Source: Promethearchaeota archaeon
GTDB taxonomy: Archaea > Asgardarchaeota > Heimdallarchaeia > Hodarchaeales > Hodarchaeaceae
DNA length: 64,000 nt
Assembly (NCBI GenBank): GCA_048938105.1
Contig: JBHLMN010000001.1
Coordinates: 160,001-224,000, forward strand
Reading direction: 5' to 3'
Shown here: positions 10,155 through 21,017 of the stretch, piece after piece
Layout: every line of letters begins with the position of its first letter
How positions within the stretch are numbered: the first letter of the stretch is position 1
Notes under the pieces: generated by a model
The model's database searches: none
Told to the model about the DNA's origin: nothing
Seen by the model: the letters and a program-made list of their open reading frames with translations, nothing else
Program-made: the position numbers and the translations under genes

Positions 10155-11498
10155 ATGAAAGAGGATATAATGGTGTCTTCAAAACTCAAAAAAATAGAAG
10201 AAAATGAAAATGGCACCAATTCGATAGATAGAATTAAAAGTTTTTTAAAAACAATAAAAAAAGAAATTCGATCTTATTATATAATCATCTTCTGTGTTGG
10301 AACAGGAATCCTGATTTCTTTATTAAGAATGCAGATTGATGGAGTGGGGTACTCTAGTGATGAATATGATATATATGCAGAATATTTTAAAGGAATATTT
10401 CAAAATAAGCTAAGTTTTGAACAAGAATTATGGTTTGATGGATATAGATTAAAAAATCGAATATTATACCCTTTTATTCTCTCTATAGGTTCTTTAATAA
10501 CCACACTTGAACCAGCAATAATTGCAATTCCTCTAGGTATAATATTTTTCCTATTATCGATTTTAACAACAATTCAAATTTTAAAAGAAAGAGGAAACTC
10601 TCAGAAAGAAATCAATATTATAGTTTCTCCTTTCGCAGTTACCCCTGGTCTATTACCACATATGGTGAGACCAACTACTGATCACCTGTTCATGTTATTA
10701 GTTTTAATTGTACTTTTATTCATCATTAGGTTTGTAAAGAGAGGAGATAACCTAAACCTCTTAATTGCTATATTTTTTTCACTTTTAGCAATAATCACCA
10801 GAGAATTTGGTTTTCTATTATTATTTATTCTCCCAATACTCTATATCGTGAAATGGATGGAGGAAAAACGGTATCTAATGATTCTTGTATGTGGTATATT
10901 TATTATAATATTGATTTGGATACTTCTTCAAATTTTAAATTTCACCCCATCTTTTGTATTATCATTGATTTTCGGTGTTTATACGGAGAAGATTCAAGAA
11001 ATCATTATAAGTGGAAATGTCTCACTTGAGGGTGTTTTTCAAATTTTGCATATAAGATTTATAGAACAATGGACACAAAAAGGCTTCCTGAGAACATATG
11101 AACTTATTGAAAGTGTAATTTACACCATTTTTATAGCTTTTATCTTTTCCTTTCTTGGATTCCTTTCTTGGGATAAAGAAAAAAAAGTTAAAGAAGTTAA
11201 AAATGTTGAACGATCAGTATTAGTTGTTTGGTTCATTCTAGGAATATTTTCTTTGATGATATTGCATGGAACTCTTCAAGCACGCTATTGGATGCCTATT
11301 ATGATAATTCCATATTTAGAAATACCCTCTGGCATAAATTATCTTCATATAAAATTAAAAAGAAAATTAAGTGAAAAAATGATTTTATCCTTAATATTGA
11401 TAATCCAGATTACTATCTCAATAATTAGGATAGTTTTTACGACTATGAATATTAGTTTAAGAGATGTAATAAATGTTTTGAGTTTATATATTGCCTAA
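10155..11498 (+). CDS. Polytopic membrane protein, GT-C-like (ArnT/PMT-type) glycosyltransferase candidate
   Basis: About 10-11 hydrophobic segments; SSDE acidic motif after TM1; TRE and ARYW motifs. Confidence 0.55.
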   Translation: MKEDIMVSSKLKKIEENENGTNSIDRIKSFLKTIKKEIRSYYIIIFCVGTGILISLLRMQIDGVGYSSDEYDIYAEYFKGIFQNKLSFEQELWFDGYRLKNRILYPFILSIGSLITTLEPAIIAIPLGIIFFLLSILTTIQILKERGNSQKEINIIVSPFAVTPGLLPHMVRPTTDHLFMLLVLIVLLFIIRFVKRGDNLNLLIAIFFSLLAIITREFGFLLLFILPILYIVKWMEEKRYLMILVCGIFIIILIWILLQILNFTPSFVLSLIFGVYTEKIQEIIISGNVSLEGVFQILHIRFIEQWTQKGFLRTYELIESVIYTIFIAFIFSFLGFLSWDKEKKVKEVKNVERSVLVVWFILGIFSLMILHGTLQARYWMPIMIIPYLEIPSGINYLHIKLKRKLSEKMILSLILIIQITISIIRIVFTTMNISLRDVINVLSLYIA

Positions 11499-11665
11499 TG
11501 TTCTGTTAGAAATGATGAATCCAACTCGAATCTTTGTCTCTACTCTGTAAACAAATAAAAATTCGATTTTGATCAGATAATTGTAATATATCATGAAGTT
11601 AATCCAGTTTTTACTACAATTGTTATCTCTACTGTCCACTATAATATTTTATTAATTTCTTTTTA

Positions 11666-14218
11666 CTATCCTGAAAATATGATTAAAAATTTTTTCAATA
11701 TTTTTAAGATAATAACTTGTGAGGTCAAAAATAGTAATATTATTAAGATTAAGAACAGGAATAATGGGAAACTCCAGCTAATACTTTCACGGCTAAGATT
11801 GTTGCTATATATACTATTATTAACAATAGTGGTGTTATCCGAATCGATCAGCTGAATACCAGAACGGCCATTGTTATAAATTATATTGTTTGAAATAAAA
11901 CAATTATCTGAGTTTTCCAGATAAATTCCATAGAAACCATTTTCAAAAATGATATTATTCTTAATTTTACTATTATTTGAAAATTCCAGAAAAATACCAG
12001 TCCAACTATTATTGAAAACAGAATTCTTGATGATAGAAGTATTACCTGAAATATCTAAGTGAACACCATTCCATTTGTTATTAGTAATGGTGTTGTTAAT
12101 AATGATGCCATTACATGAATAATCCAGGCGAATCCCATCTTTACTATTGTTTGAAATGGTGTTGTCAGCAAGAATGCAAGTTTCTGAATTATTTAGTCTA
12201 ATTCCATAACGATTGTTATTTAACACGGAATTATTAGCAATTAGGCTGTTCCCCGAGGACCCTAGAAAAATACCAGTATATGTATTGTTGACAATAGTAT
12301 TTTCGATAAGAATGCTATTAGCGGAATAATCTAAGTGAATACCCCTCCCTTTATTGTTGGAAATAATATTATTCATAAAAGTGTTAGAATCCGAAGAATC
12401 TAACCAAAGACCATATCTATTGTTGTTAGAAATGGTATTATTAACAATGGTACTGCTGCACGAATAAATTAACTGGATTCCAGATTCAATGTTATTATAG
12501 AAGGTATTATTGACAATAGTACAATGATCTGAAGAATATAGGTGAATGCCTGACCAACTGTTATTATAGATGGTATTCGTGGAAAAAATGTTACCATAGG
12601 AGGAAAAAAGGTAGATACCATCTTGATTATTCTTGAAAATGGTATTGTTGATAATAATGTTATCAATTGAAGAAGAAAGAATAACACCGTACTTGATGTT
12701 ATTAGCAATGGTATTATTGACAATGGTACTTGAGTTCGATGAAGATAAGTAGATACCGTGAGGATTATTAAACAAAGTATTTATGTTAATAATGTTATTA
12801 AGTGAAGAATCTAAGAAGATACCTGACCAACTGTTATCAAAAATAGTATTAGTAATAATATTGTTGATACTTGAAAAAGATACGTAGATACCATGAATGT
12901 TATTAAAAATGGTGTTATTAACACAAGTATTTGAATCCGAAAACGATAAAAAAACTCCATTACTGTTATTAGTAATGGTATTGTTGATAATGGTGTTGTT
13001 AACTGATGAAGACAGGGAAATACCATACTTGGTGTTATCAAAAATGGTATTACAATTAATAGTACTTGAATTTGTTGAGGATAAATAGATACCATGAATG
13101 TTATTGAAAATGGTGTTATTAGCACAAGTATTTGAATCCGAAAACGATAAAAAAACTCCATTACTGTTATTAGTAATGGTATTGTTGATAATGGTGTTGT
13201 CAACTGATGAAGATAGGGAAATACCATACTTAGTGTTATCAGAAATGGTATTACAATTAATAGTACTTGAATTTGTTGAGGATAAATAGATACCTGCCCA
13301 ACTGTTATTAATAATAGTATTGTTAACAATAGTGTCGGCAACTGCAGAAGAAAGGAAGATACCATGAGGATTATTAGAGATAGTATTGTTGACAATAGTG
13401 CTATCAACTGAAGAATTTAAATAGATACCTGACCAATTGTTATTAGTAATAGTATTGTTAACAATAGTGTCGGTAACTGCAGAAGAAAGGAAGATACCAT
13501 GAGGATTATTAGAGATAGTATTGTTGACAATAGTGCTATCAACTGAAGAATCTAAATAGATACCTGACCAATTGTTATTAGTAATAGTATTGTTAACAAT
13601 AGTGTCGGCAACTGCAGAAGAAAGGAAGATACCATGAGGATTATTAGAGATAGTATTGTTGACAATAGTGCTATCAACTGAAGAATTTAAATAGATACCT
13701 GACCAATTGTTATTAGTAATAGTATTGTTAACAATAATGTCGGCAACTGAAGAAGAAAGGAAGATACCATGAGTATTATTAATAATTACATTGTTTGTAA
13801 TATTACTATTTGTTACATTAGAGAGAAATATTCCACGTAATCCCCCTATTAAGAGACAATTGCTGATTCTGAAATAATATTCAGTATTAAAGATACCAAT
13901 CAAAACAATTGATCCAGAACCAATGATTTTCAAACTATCTATACAATAGGGATTAAATACTGTTCCATTTCCCCGCCAGCCTTTTATTTTCGCCTGATTA
14001 CTAAAATCAGCATTACCGTCGATTCTAATAGGATCAGAATCATTTACTTGAATTAAATATAATTTATTATGAGGAAAGTCGTAGATATTGTGTTCAAACT
14101 GGTGCAAATTTGATGTGTTTTCGAAGATCTGTTCATATTTGCCGTTTAAGAAGAAAGCACTTAAAACAACTATTGTGATCAACGTAAGATTAGATACATT
14201 TTTTTCCAAACCTATCAC
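11666..14218 (-). CDS. Cell-surface right-handed parallel beta-helix (NosD/PbH1 repeat) protein
   Basis: N-terminal hydrophobic segment, GWRGNGTVFNPYCI motif, about 30 NNTIxNNxxGIxL coils, C-terminal TM helix followed by a basic tail. Confidence 0.9.
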   Translation of the reverse strand: MIGLEKNVSNLTLITIVVLSAFFLNGKYEQIFENTSNLHQFEHNIYDFPHNKLYLIQVNDSDPIRIDGNADFSNQAKIKGWRGNGTVFNPYCIDSLKIIGSGSIVLIGIFNTEYYFRISNCLLIGGLRGIFLSNVTNSNITNNVIINNTHGIFLSSSVADIIVNNTITNNNWSGIYLNSSVDSTIVNNTISNNPHGIFLSSAVADTIVNNTITNNNWSGIYLDSSVDSTIVNNTISNNPHGIFLSSAVTDTIVNNTITNNNWSGIYLNSSVDSTIVNNTISNNPHGIFLSSAVADTIVNNTIINNSWAGIYLSSTNSSTINCNTISDNTKYGISLSSSVDNTIINNTITNNSNGVFLSFSDSNTCANNTIFNNIHGIYLSSTNSSTINCNTIFDNTKYGISLSSSVNNTIINNTITNNSNGVFLSFSDSNTCVNNTIFNNIHGIYVSFSSINNIITNTIFDNSWSGIFLDSSLNNIININTLFNNPHGIYLSSSNSSTIVNNTIANNIKYGVILSSSIDNIIINNTIFKNNQDGIYLFSSYGNIFSTNTIYNNSWSGIHLYSSDHCTIVNNTFYNNIESGIQLIYSCSSTIVNNTISNNNRYGLWLDSSDSNTFMNNIISNNKGRGIHLDYSANSILIENTIVNNTYTGIFLGSSGNSLIANNSVLNNNRYGIRLNNSETCILADNTISNNSKDGIRLDYSCNGIIINNTITNNKWNGVHLDISGNTSIIKNSVFNNSWTGIFLEFSNNSKIKNNIIFENGFYGIYLENSDNCFISNNIIYNNGRSGIQLIDSDNTTIVNNSIYSNNLSRESISWSFPLFLFLILIILLFLTSQVIILKILKKFLIIFSG
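12885..13294. repeat. Intragenic tandem repeat, 201-bp unit x2 (67 aa)
   Basis: agataccatgaatgttatt at about 12886 and 13087; shadow ORFs at 12897 and 13098 are near-identical and offset by 201 bp. Confidence 0.9.
13283..13773. repeat. Intragenic tandem repeat, 135-bp unit x about 3.6 (45 aa)
   Basis: accatgag recurs at 13361, 13496, 13631 and 13766 within near-identical flanks. Confidence 0.92.
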
Positions 14219-14638
14219 CTATTTCAAGATCAAACAAATCCAAAAGCACTGAATCATTATTATTAGCTTATTGACAATCATTCTCTCTTTGAATACAGAT
14301 ATAATAATAGAAACAATTATAATATGGTCTTTTAATCCGATACAAAGTTAATCCTATCAACTGTTTAATTTGAAAGCTTCATTTACAGATTATTATTGAA
14401 AATAAGTAAAAAATTTGGGGGATTCTTCTACATACCTCTTTGTAGGACGTGAAACAACTCTAATTGATTAAGAATTTCAAAATTTTTTATTTTCCTCATT
14501 ATTTTCCATTATACAAATACTTTTTGAGAGGCCTTCTTATAGAAATTTCAGTATGGGAGATTGAACTCATTTAAATGGTCTCCTTTTTATAATGAATATT
14601 TTAAAGTAATCACAAACTTCAAAACTATTGGTGTCTGT

Positions 14639-15763
14639 GTGGATATTGCAATTGTACATCCCTATTTAAATTATTTTGGAGGTGCTGAACAGGTAATAGC
14701 TGCAATCGTGAATAGCATCCCAGTAAAAATTAATGTTTGTCTATATTCATTTGATTTTGGTAAGATTTTTACTGAAAAATTAAATAGAACAGTTAAATTT
14801 CACTATCTACCATCCAATTGGTTTATTGAATCTAAAAAACTTCCAATAACAAAGTATTGGACTTTAAGAGCTCTTCTAAACGCTTTTCTATATAAACCAG
14901 AGGAGGTCGATGCAGATATCATCAACTATCATAATATTCCTGCATTTTTTCTTATAAAACCCCTATATCAGGATGTAAGAGAGGTATGGATGTGCCAAGA
15001 ACCCCTTGCCTCAGATTTTTTAATTCAAAATTTATCAAATCCCGAATTATTCTCTTTACCTCTTAAAATATTTGTAAACTTCTATAGAATTTTTGAAAAA
15101 CGTAGAATAAATAGCTTGAGTGATATTTTTGTGAATTCTTCAAAGATTAAAACATTTTTACATCAAACATACGGAATAAATGCTAAAATTCTGCCAATGC
15201 CAATTAAGGAATCCTTTTACAATGAAAAAGAAAAAGACTTTGAAAAAGAACGGAATTCTATTCTCATTATTAATGGAACCGAAAGAAGAAAAGGTTTCTT
15301 TGATTTTACATTCTCTTCAGATATCAAATCTTTGCTTAAAAGAGAACAAGCGAAGATTTACTGTGAGGGGGAAATTTATGATGATAAATTCTTGTTTAGG
15401 ATAAAAAACTATCTTGGGAAAGAATTACATCTTATTGGCCGTGCTAAAAGAATAAATGAATTCTATAAGAGAACAGAATTTGTATTAATAACGAATTATA
15501 ATGAACCCTTTGGACTTTCAGCTATTGAAGGTCTTTGTTTTGGTGCAATTCCCATTGTACCTAAGAGTAGTGGAGTAGCTAGATTAATTGAGAAATATAA
15601 GTGTGGAATAAGTTTCAGTTCTAGAGCTGACTTTGTTAGGAAATTTAGAACACTGCATGATCAAAAACGAATGGAATTTAGAAATAATGGAAAATTACTA
15701 CTTGATTCTTTATCACCAGAAAACTTCAAGAAAGCAGTGATGGAGATGTTTAAAATATATTAA
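14639..15763 (+). CDS. GT4 glycosyltransferase
   Basis: DIAIVHPYLNYFGGAE and NEPFGLSAIEGL motifs; GTG14639 start follows a GGTG RBS. Confidence 0.85.
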   Translation: MDIAIVHPYLNYFGGAEQVIAAIVNSIPVKINVCLYSFDFGKIFTEKLNRTVKFHYLPSNWFIESKKLPITKYWTLRALLNAFLYKPEEVDADIINYHNIPAFFLIKPLYQDVREVWMCQEPLASDFLIQNLSNPELFSLPLKIFVNFYRIFEKRRINSLSDIFVNSSKIKTFLHQTYGINAKILPMPIKESFYNEKEKDFEKERNSILIINGTERRKGFFDFTFSSDIKSLLKREQAKIYCEGEIYDDKFLFRIKNYLGKELHLIGRAKRINEFYKRTEFVLITNYNEPFGLSAIEGLCFGAIPIVPKSSGVARLIEKYKCGISFSSRADFVRKFRTLHDQKRMEFRNNGKLLLDSLSPENFKKAVMEMFKIY

Positions 15764-15932
15764 TTTTATTTTCTCCAGAATTTGTTATATATTTAAATCA
15801 AGATCCTCTTTATAGGTAGAATGGACAGAACCTTTAGAAAACGAAAAAATCCAGTCAATATATTTGAAAGACATTTGATATTTAACACTAATAATATGAT
15901 TTCATGCATATAACATTAATTCATACTAATTC

Positions 15933-16677
15933 ATGGCTTAAGAATGAGAGATTGATTATCTAAAAATTTGGGGGAAGAAGGAATTAAACATGCAGTCAAT
16001 AAACCATTTTCCGATAGCCAATGTAGTGGACATCTTATGATAATAGGTGCCATTATAACATTATTACCACCACTACCTGCCAAACTAGTGGATTTGGGCT
16101 GCGGTACAGGATGGATAAGTATTTTTTTTGCAAAAAGAGGTTATCAAGTAACAGGAACAGATATTTCAGAAGATATGATCTATTATACTAATCAGAATAG
16201 AAATAAGGAAAAAAAAGATAATTTAACCTTCACGGCGTCTGATTTCGAGAATATGGACTTTAAAAATGAATATGATTGCGCCGTTTTTTATGATGCTTTA
16301 CATCATGCAGAGGACGAAAAAGCAGCCTTGCGAATGACTTATAAAGCCTTGAAACCAAGTGGGTTTCGTATAATCTCAGAACCAGGGAAAGGCCACTCAA
16401 AAAGAGCTAAATCTATCCGTACTACAGAAAAATACAATGTTACCGAAAAAGATATGCCACTGTCAAAGATAATCAAAACAGGAAAAGAAGCAGGCTTCAA
16501 AAAATTTAAGGTACATCCTCCCCCTTATCCTCTCAACCTGGCGCTCTATGCCAATTTAGATGATGATATGAGATTTTTAAAAGGTTACTTAAGGTAAAAG
16601 GAATAAGGACTCTTACTGCAATTTATGTGATTCTTCTATTCAAACGACGTTATGGACTCGTCCAGATGTTTAAATAA
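15933..16677 (+). pseudogene. Class I SAM-dependent methyltransferase, probably frameshifted
   Basis: Core ORF 15968-16597 has VDLGCGTG and FYDALHH. A plausible N-terminus (EIDYLK) and C-terminus (KVKGIRTLTAIYVILLFKRRYGLVQMFK*) lie in other frames, each joined at an A-run that is one base short. Confidence 0.65.
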
Positions 16678-16976
16678 TGAGTAAAGAAATTCATTAAAAT
16701 CAATTAATAAACGAATTATTAAAAAAAAAGATTTTTAATCTAGATAAAAAACTCAAATACTATCAAGAATGTATCAGGATTGATTTTGTTATCATTTATC
16801 CACGTAACACCATTATTTTTTTACCTATGCAGGATTTCATCTGAAAAGACAATTGATAATTCTCCATTTGCAGTTTTAGATCGTAGAATAGCATAATTGA
16901 ATATATTACTAGTAGGAAATGAAAATTCAAGTTCAATTTTCCCTTAATTACCTTTGTTATAAACCCAAATTCTTGT

Positions 16977-18026
16977 TTAAAGGTCTTTATCTGGGAAATC
17001 ATACCCATTTTCAATCATAAACCAATTTTTGAATTCCTCAAGCCCTTTATCTAATGAACATTTTGGTGTCCATCTAAGGATTTGTTGAGCTTTTGAAATA
17101 TCTGCACAACGACGTTTGGGATCATCAATAGGAAGGGAGCCATACGAAATGCGGGCATTATTATTTAGTATGTTAATTATTTTCCTTGCAAGAGAAATAA
17201 TTGAAATCTCATCAATATTGCCAATATTAAAAACCTCACCTTTGGTTTGAGTAAGAAAAGCTGCTCTTAAAATACCTTCAATTGTATCAGTAACATAAGC
17301 GAATGCACGTGTTTGATGTCCATCCCCAAAAACAGTTAGAGGTTTATTCTGAAGACATTGTTCAATAAAATTTGGTATAACTCTTCCATAAAGATTACCT
17401 GATCGCATTCTTGGACCATAAGTATTAAAAATTCTTACAATTCTTGCATCAAGATTATGTTCTAAAATGTATGCCATTACAAAGGCCTCTCCAGCCCTCT
17501 TAGCCTCATCATAACATGATCGGGGGCCAATAGGATTTACATTACCATTGTATGTCTCTGGAGTAGGAATATAACGATCTTCTGGATTTCCATAAATTTC
17601 ACTTGTTGATGTATAAAGGAATTTAGCTTTTTGTAATCTTGCGATCTCTAAAGTGTTTAAGATCCCTAATGTGTTTGCTTTTAAGATTTCAATGGGAAAT
17701 TTTGCAAATTCAAAGGGGGATGCTCTACTAGCGAGGTGAAAAACATAACTTATACTTTCATCTATAGGTAAGCTTTTAGAAACATCATGTTCTAAAAAAC
17801 TGAAGTTTTCAAGTTCCTCAAGATGTTGAATATTCTTTCTTAGACCACTTGACAAGTTATCTATAATTATTACTCTGGAACCTTTTTGAACAAGGACATC
17901 AGCTATCCATGACCCTAGAAAACCAGAACCCCCAGTAATAAGTACAGTTTGTTTTTTCCATTTTATTCTCAAATCGATACAATTATCAATTATCCAATTA
18001 ATCCCTCTTTGAATAATATAGTTCAT
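16977..18026 (-). CDS. UDP-glucuronate decarboxylase (UDP-xylose synthase family)
   Basis: HLASRASP, TSTSEIYG, GNVNPIGPRSCYDEAKR, RIFNTYGPRM and DDPKRR motifs; ATG18026 follows AAGGAG. Confidence 0.9.
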   Translation of the reverse strand: MNYIIQRGINWIIDNCIDLRIKWKKQTVLITGGSGFLGSWIADVLVQKGSRVIIIDNLSSGLRKNIQHLEELENFSFLEHDVSKSLPIDESISYVFHLASRASPFEFAKFPIEILKANTLGILNTLEIARLQKAKFLYTSTSEIYGNPEDRYIPTPETYNGNVNPIGPRSCYDEAKRAGEAFVMAYILEHNLDARIVRIFNTYGPRMRSGNLYGRVIPNFIEQCLQNKPLTVFGDGHQTRAFAYVTDTIEGILRAAFLTQTKGEVFNIGNIDEISIISLARKIINILNNNARISYGSLPIDDPKRRCADISKAQQILRWTPKCSLDKGLEEFKNWFMIENGYDFPDKDL

Positions 18027-18398
18027 TCTATATAGCTCCTTCAAAGCGTCAAGTGAAATGATTTGTAAAACTGATATTTATTAATTATTTTCTATTTTAT
18101 TTATTATTCAGTTTCTAACAAGGATAGAAGTACTTTATATCAGTTTTTGGTTATAATTTCAAATATTATTGAAGAGTTGATTATTTTAAATTCTATAAAA
18201 ATATTCATCAAATACTTTTTCATAACTGTAGTAATAATATGGCTTTTTGGATTAATAGAAAAAAAAAAGGTCTATTTTATTTTATAATCAATATATCTGT
18301 CAAGATATTATAATCCAAATGCTTTAAAAAAAGAAGATTCAGTCTTAAAAAAGTGATAATAACTAGTTCTACTGCATAAGAGTAAAGGGAAAACTCAT

Positions 18399-19142
18399 AT
18401 GACAAAGAATACATTGATTTCAATCATTATTCCAGTTTTTAATGAAGAAGAAAACATCCGAGAATTATTATTCAATGTATTAGAGGTTGATTGTAACTAT
18501 TTACGAAAGATACATAAATGGAATACCGAAATAATAATTATTGATGATGGATCAACAGATAATTCATCGTATATCATTGAGGAAATAAGTTTAAAAACTC
18601 CAAACATACGTATAATAAATCATAATGGAAATAAAGGGAAGGGTTCAGCTATTTCCTCAGCCTTAAAAAGAGCAGAAGGGCAAGTTTGTATTATTCAAGA
18701 TGCTGATTTAGAATATAATCCACTAGAGATTCCAAAGCTCTTAGAACCTATTATTAATGGAAAATATGATGTTGTTTTTGGTAGTAGATTCTTAAATTTC
18801 CAGAATTACAGCGGATTATGGACTCATTTGGCTGGTAACAAAATTCTTTCTTTAATCAGTTCTCTCTTCTTACAACAACAAGTTACTGATATAATGACTT
18901 GTTATAAAGCATTTCGGAGAGACCTAATCCAGAACATCAATTCTAAGTCTTTTGATGTAGAACCTGAAATTGCAGCAAAATTACTCTATAAGAGAAATGT
19001 TCGATTTAAAGAGATACCTATTAGTTATAATCCTCGTTTAAAGGGAAAGAAGATAAAAAAGTTTCATGGAATAATTAGTTTATATAGATTAGTCTTAACA
19101 TTATTAAAGATCCAATACAAAGAGATTTTTAAAAATAATTAA
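18399..19142 (+). CDS. GT2 glycosyltransferase (DPM-synthase-like)
   Basis: IIIPVFNEE, IDDGSTD, IQDADLEY, VFGSRF and TDIMTCYKAF motifs. Confidence 0.92.
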   Translation: MTKNTLISIIIPVFNEEENIRELLFNVLEVDCNYLRKIHKWNTEIIIIDDGSTDNSSYIIEEISLKTPNIRIINHNGNKGKGSAISSALKRAEGQVCIIQDADLEYNPLEIPKLLEPIINGKYDVVFGSRFLNFQNYSGLWTHLAGNKILSLISSLFLQQQVTDIMTCYKAFRRDLIQNINSKSFDVEPEIAAKLLYKRNVRFKEIPISYNPRLKGKKIKKFHGIISLYRLVLTLLKIQYKEIFKNN

Positions 19143-19313
19143 AAAAAAGGACAAAATAACTCACCATTTTACGAATAATGCCAAAAATCTCTTGCTTACG
19201 AATGTATACTTGAAAAAAATTTAAAGAATCCTTAAAATAATTAATATTGTCTTTTATTATTTAAAAGCACAGACATTTTATCATATGGGATTATTAGATG
19301 AATAAAAGGAACT

Positions 19314-20021
19314 GTGATGATGACTCTGCAAACTGGAATTATTTTGGCAGGAGGAAAAGGATTACGTTTAAGGCCTTATACTAATGAAATTCCCAAACCA
19401 ATGATAGATTTATCTGGAAAACCATTAGTTGAATGGATAATTGAATGGTTGATATCTAATGGTTTAACAAAAATTGTCATTGGAGTAGCTTACAAGAAAG
19501 AAAAAATCATAAATTGGGTAAAAAGTAAAAATTTTGAATCTGAAATCATTATAAGTCATCATTATATTGAAAGTGGAACAGCAGGAGGAATAAAACATGC
19601 GATAAAGAATGCTAAAATTAAAGACGAGTATTTTCTCGCAATGAATGGAGATGAACTCACAGATTTATCTCTTAAAAACTTTTTTCGTTTTCATGTAGTC
19701 AACAAAAAGATAGTTACGATTTTAGCAACACCTCTTCGCTCTAATTTTGGAGTTATTGAGCTTGGAGATCAAAATATAATAACTGCTTTTAAAGAAAAGC
19801 CAATTATTGATAATATTTTTATTAACTCGGGTGTATACATTTTTAATAATGAGATAGATTCATATCTTCCTTGGGAAGGAGATATTGAAAAAACAACATT
19901 TGTTAAACTAGCCATGGAAAGAAAAATGGTCGCATTTCGTTACTTTGGATTCTGGCGAACAGTTAATACGGAAAAGGATCTTGAAATTATGAAAGATGAA
20001 ATAAAATATTTGAGGCATTAA
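19314..20021 (+). CDS. Sugar-1-phosphate nucleotidyltransferase
   Basis: ILAGGKGLRLRPYT..PKPM, GTAGG, NGD, FKEKP and INSGVY motifs. Confidence 0.92.
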   Translation: MMMTLQTGIILAGGKGLRLRPYTNEIPKPMIDLSGKPLVEWIIEWLISNGLTKIVIGVAYKKEKIINWVKSKNFESEIIISHHYIESGTAGGIKHAIKNAKIKDEYFLAMNGDELTDLSLKNFFRFHVVNKKIVTILATPLRSNFGVIELGDQNIITAFKEKPIIDNIFINSGVYIFNNEIDSYLPWEGDIEKTTFVKLAMERKMVAFRYFGFWRTVNTEKDLEIMKDEIKYLRH

Positions 20022-20022
20022 T

Positions 20023-20982
20023 ATGGAAACTTACAGAATTTTTTTAACAGGTATTACAGGTTTTATTGGGAATAGGCTTGCAGAACAGTTGATTAAAGAT
20101 GGCCACGAAGTACATGCCATTATACGTTATCGAGCAGCAGAGGACTACTTAACTAAACCTCATAGAATTGAAGGTGTCAAATATTATACATGCAATTTAA
20201 ATGATCATATAAATTTAAGAACAATAATCCAAAAAGTTGAACCAGAAATTATAACACACTTAGCCGCAATCTCACCAGTTCGACTTAGTTTTATTCATCC
20301 TCTTGAGTTTCAGCAAACTAATTATCTTTCAACAATAGAATTAGTGCATATGAGTCTAGAACTTAAATCTTTTACAAAATTTATTTTCGCGTCCACAATG
20401 GAAACTTATGGTTGGCAAGAACAACGTATACCATTCACAGAAGAATTACCATTAAACCCAGCAAGTCCTTACGCGGTTTCTAAAGCGGCTGCGGAAAAAT
20501 ATATTCAAATGGCAGGTAAAGCATACACTTTACCTTATCTAATTGCAAAACCCTGTAACACATTCGGTAGGATGCGATCTGTAAGGTTTATTACAGAATA
20601 TTTGATTACTTCAATGTTAAAAGGAGAAATCCCACAGATTGGTAGCCCAAATGCAGTAAGAGATATGATGTATGTTACTGATCATATAAATGCTTACATA
20701 TCTGCGATTTCGAGCTCAGTTAGAAGTGGAGTCTTCAATTTTGGAAATGGATCCACTTACACAATGTTAGAACTTGCAGAAATAATTCGGGGAAAAATTG
20801 GTTATAAAGGAGAGATTAAGACTGGTTTTCCATCAAATTATCCAGATCGTCCTGTAGTTGATCCCTATCTTTCTCTGAATTCAGAGAAAGCAAAGAAATA
20901 TCTAAATTGGAAACCAAAAGTAAGTATCGAAGATGGTTTAGATTTATCAATACAATATTGGAAAAAAAATATTCATAATTAA
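20023..20982 (+). CDS. NDP-sugar 4,6-dehydratase (GDP-Man/dTDP-Glc dehydratase-like SDR)
   Basis: TGITGFIG, HLAA, ASTMETYG and PASPYAVSK motifs. Confidence 0.85.
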   Translation: METYRIFLTGITGFIGNRLAEQLIKDGHEVHAIIRYRAAEDYLTKPHRIEGVKYYTCNLNDHINLRTIIQKVEPEIITHLAAISPVRLSFIHPLEFQQTNYLSTIELVHMSLELKSFTKFIFASTMETYGWQEQRIPFTEELPLNPASPYAVSKAAAEKYIQMAGKAYTLPYLIAKPCNTFGRMRSVRFITEYLITSMLKGEIPQIGSPNAVRDMMYVTDHINAYISAISSSVRSGVFNFGNGSTYTMLELAEIIRGKIGYKGEIKTGFPSNYPDRPVVDPYLSLNSEKAKKYLNWKPKVSIEDGLDLSIQYWKKNIHN

Positions 20983-21017
20983 CACTCTTTTGATGAAAAT
21001 ACGGATTGGGATTCATT

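Noticed and set aside
12469-13407. ORFs 12469-12723, 12811-13407, 12897-13088 and 13098-13289
   Set aside because: These are alternative-frame or antisense shadows of the repetitive beta-helix gene.
12885-13773. Repeats as a CRISPR array or DGR template/variable region
   Set aside because: There are no unique spacers, cas genes or reverse transcriptase. The repeats are contiguous and in-frame, and the differences are few and not adenine-restricted.
16796-17014. 72-aa ORF overlapping the UDP-xylose synthase 3' end
   Set aside because: It has no recognisable motif and is likely spurious.
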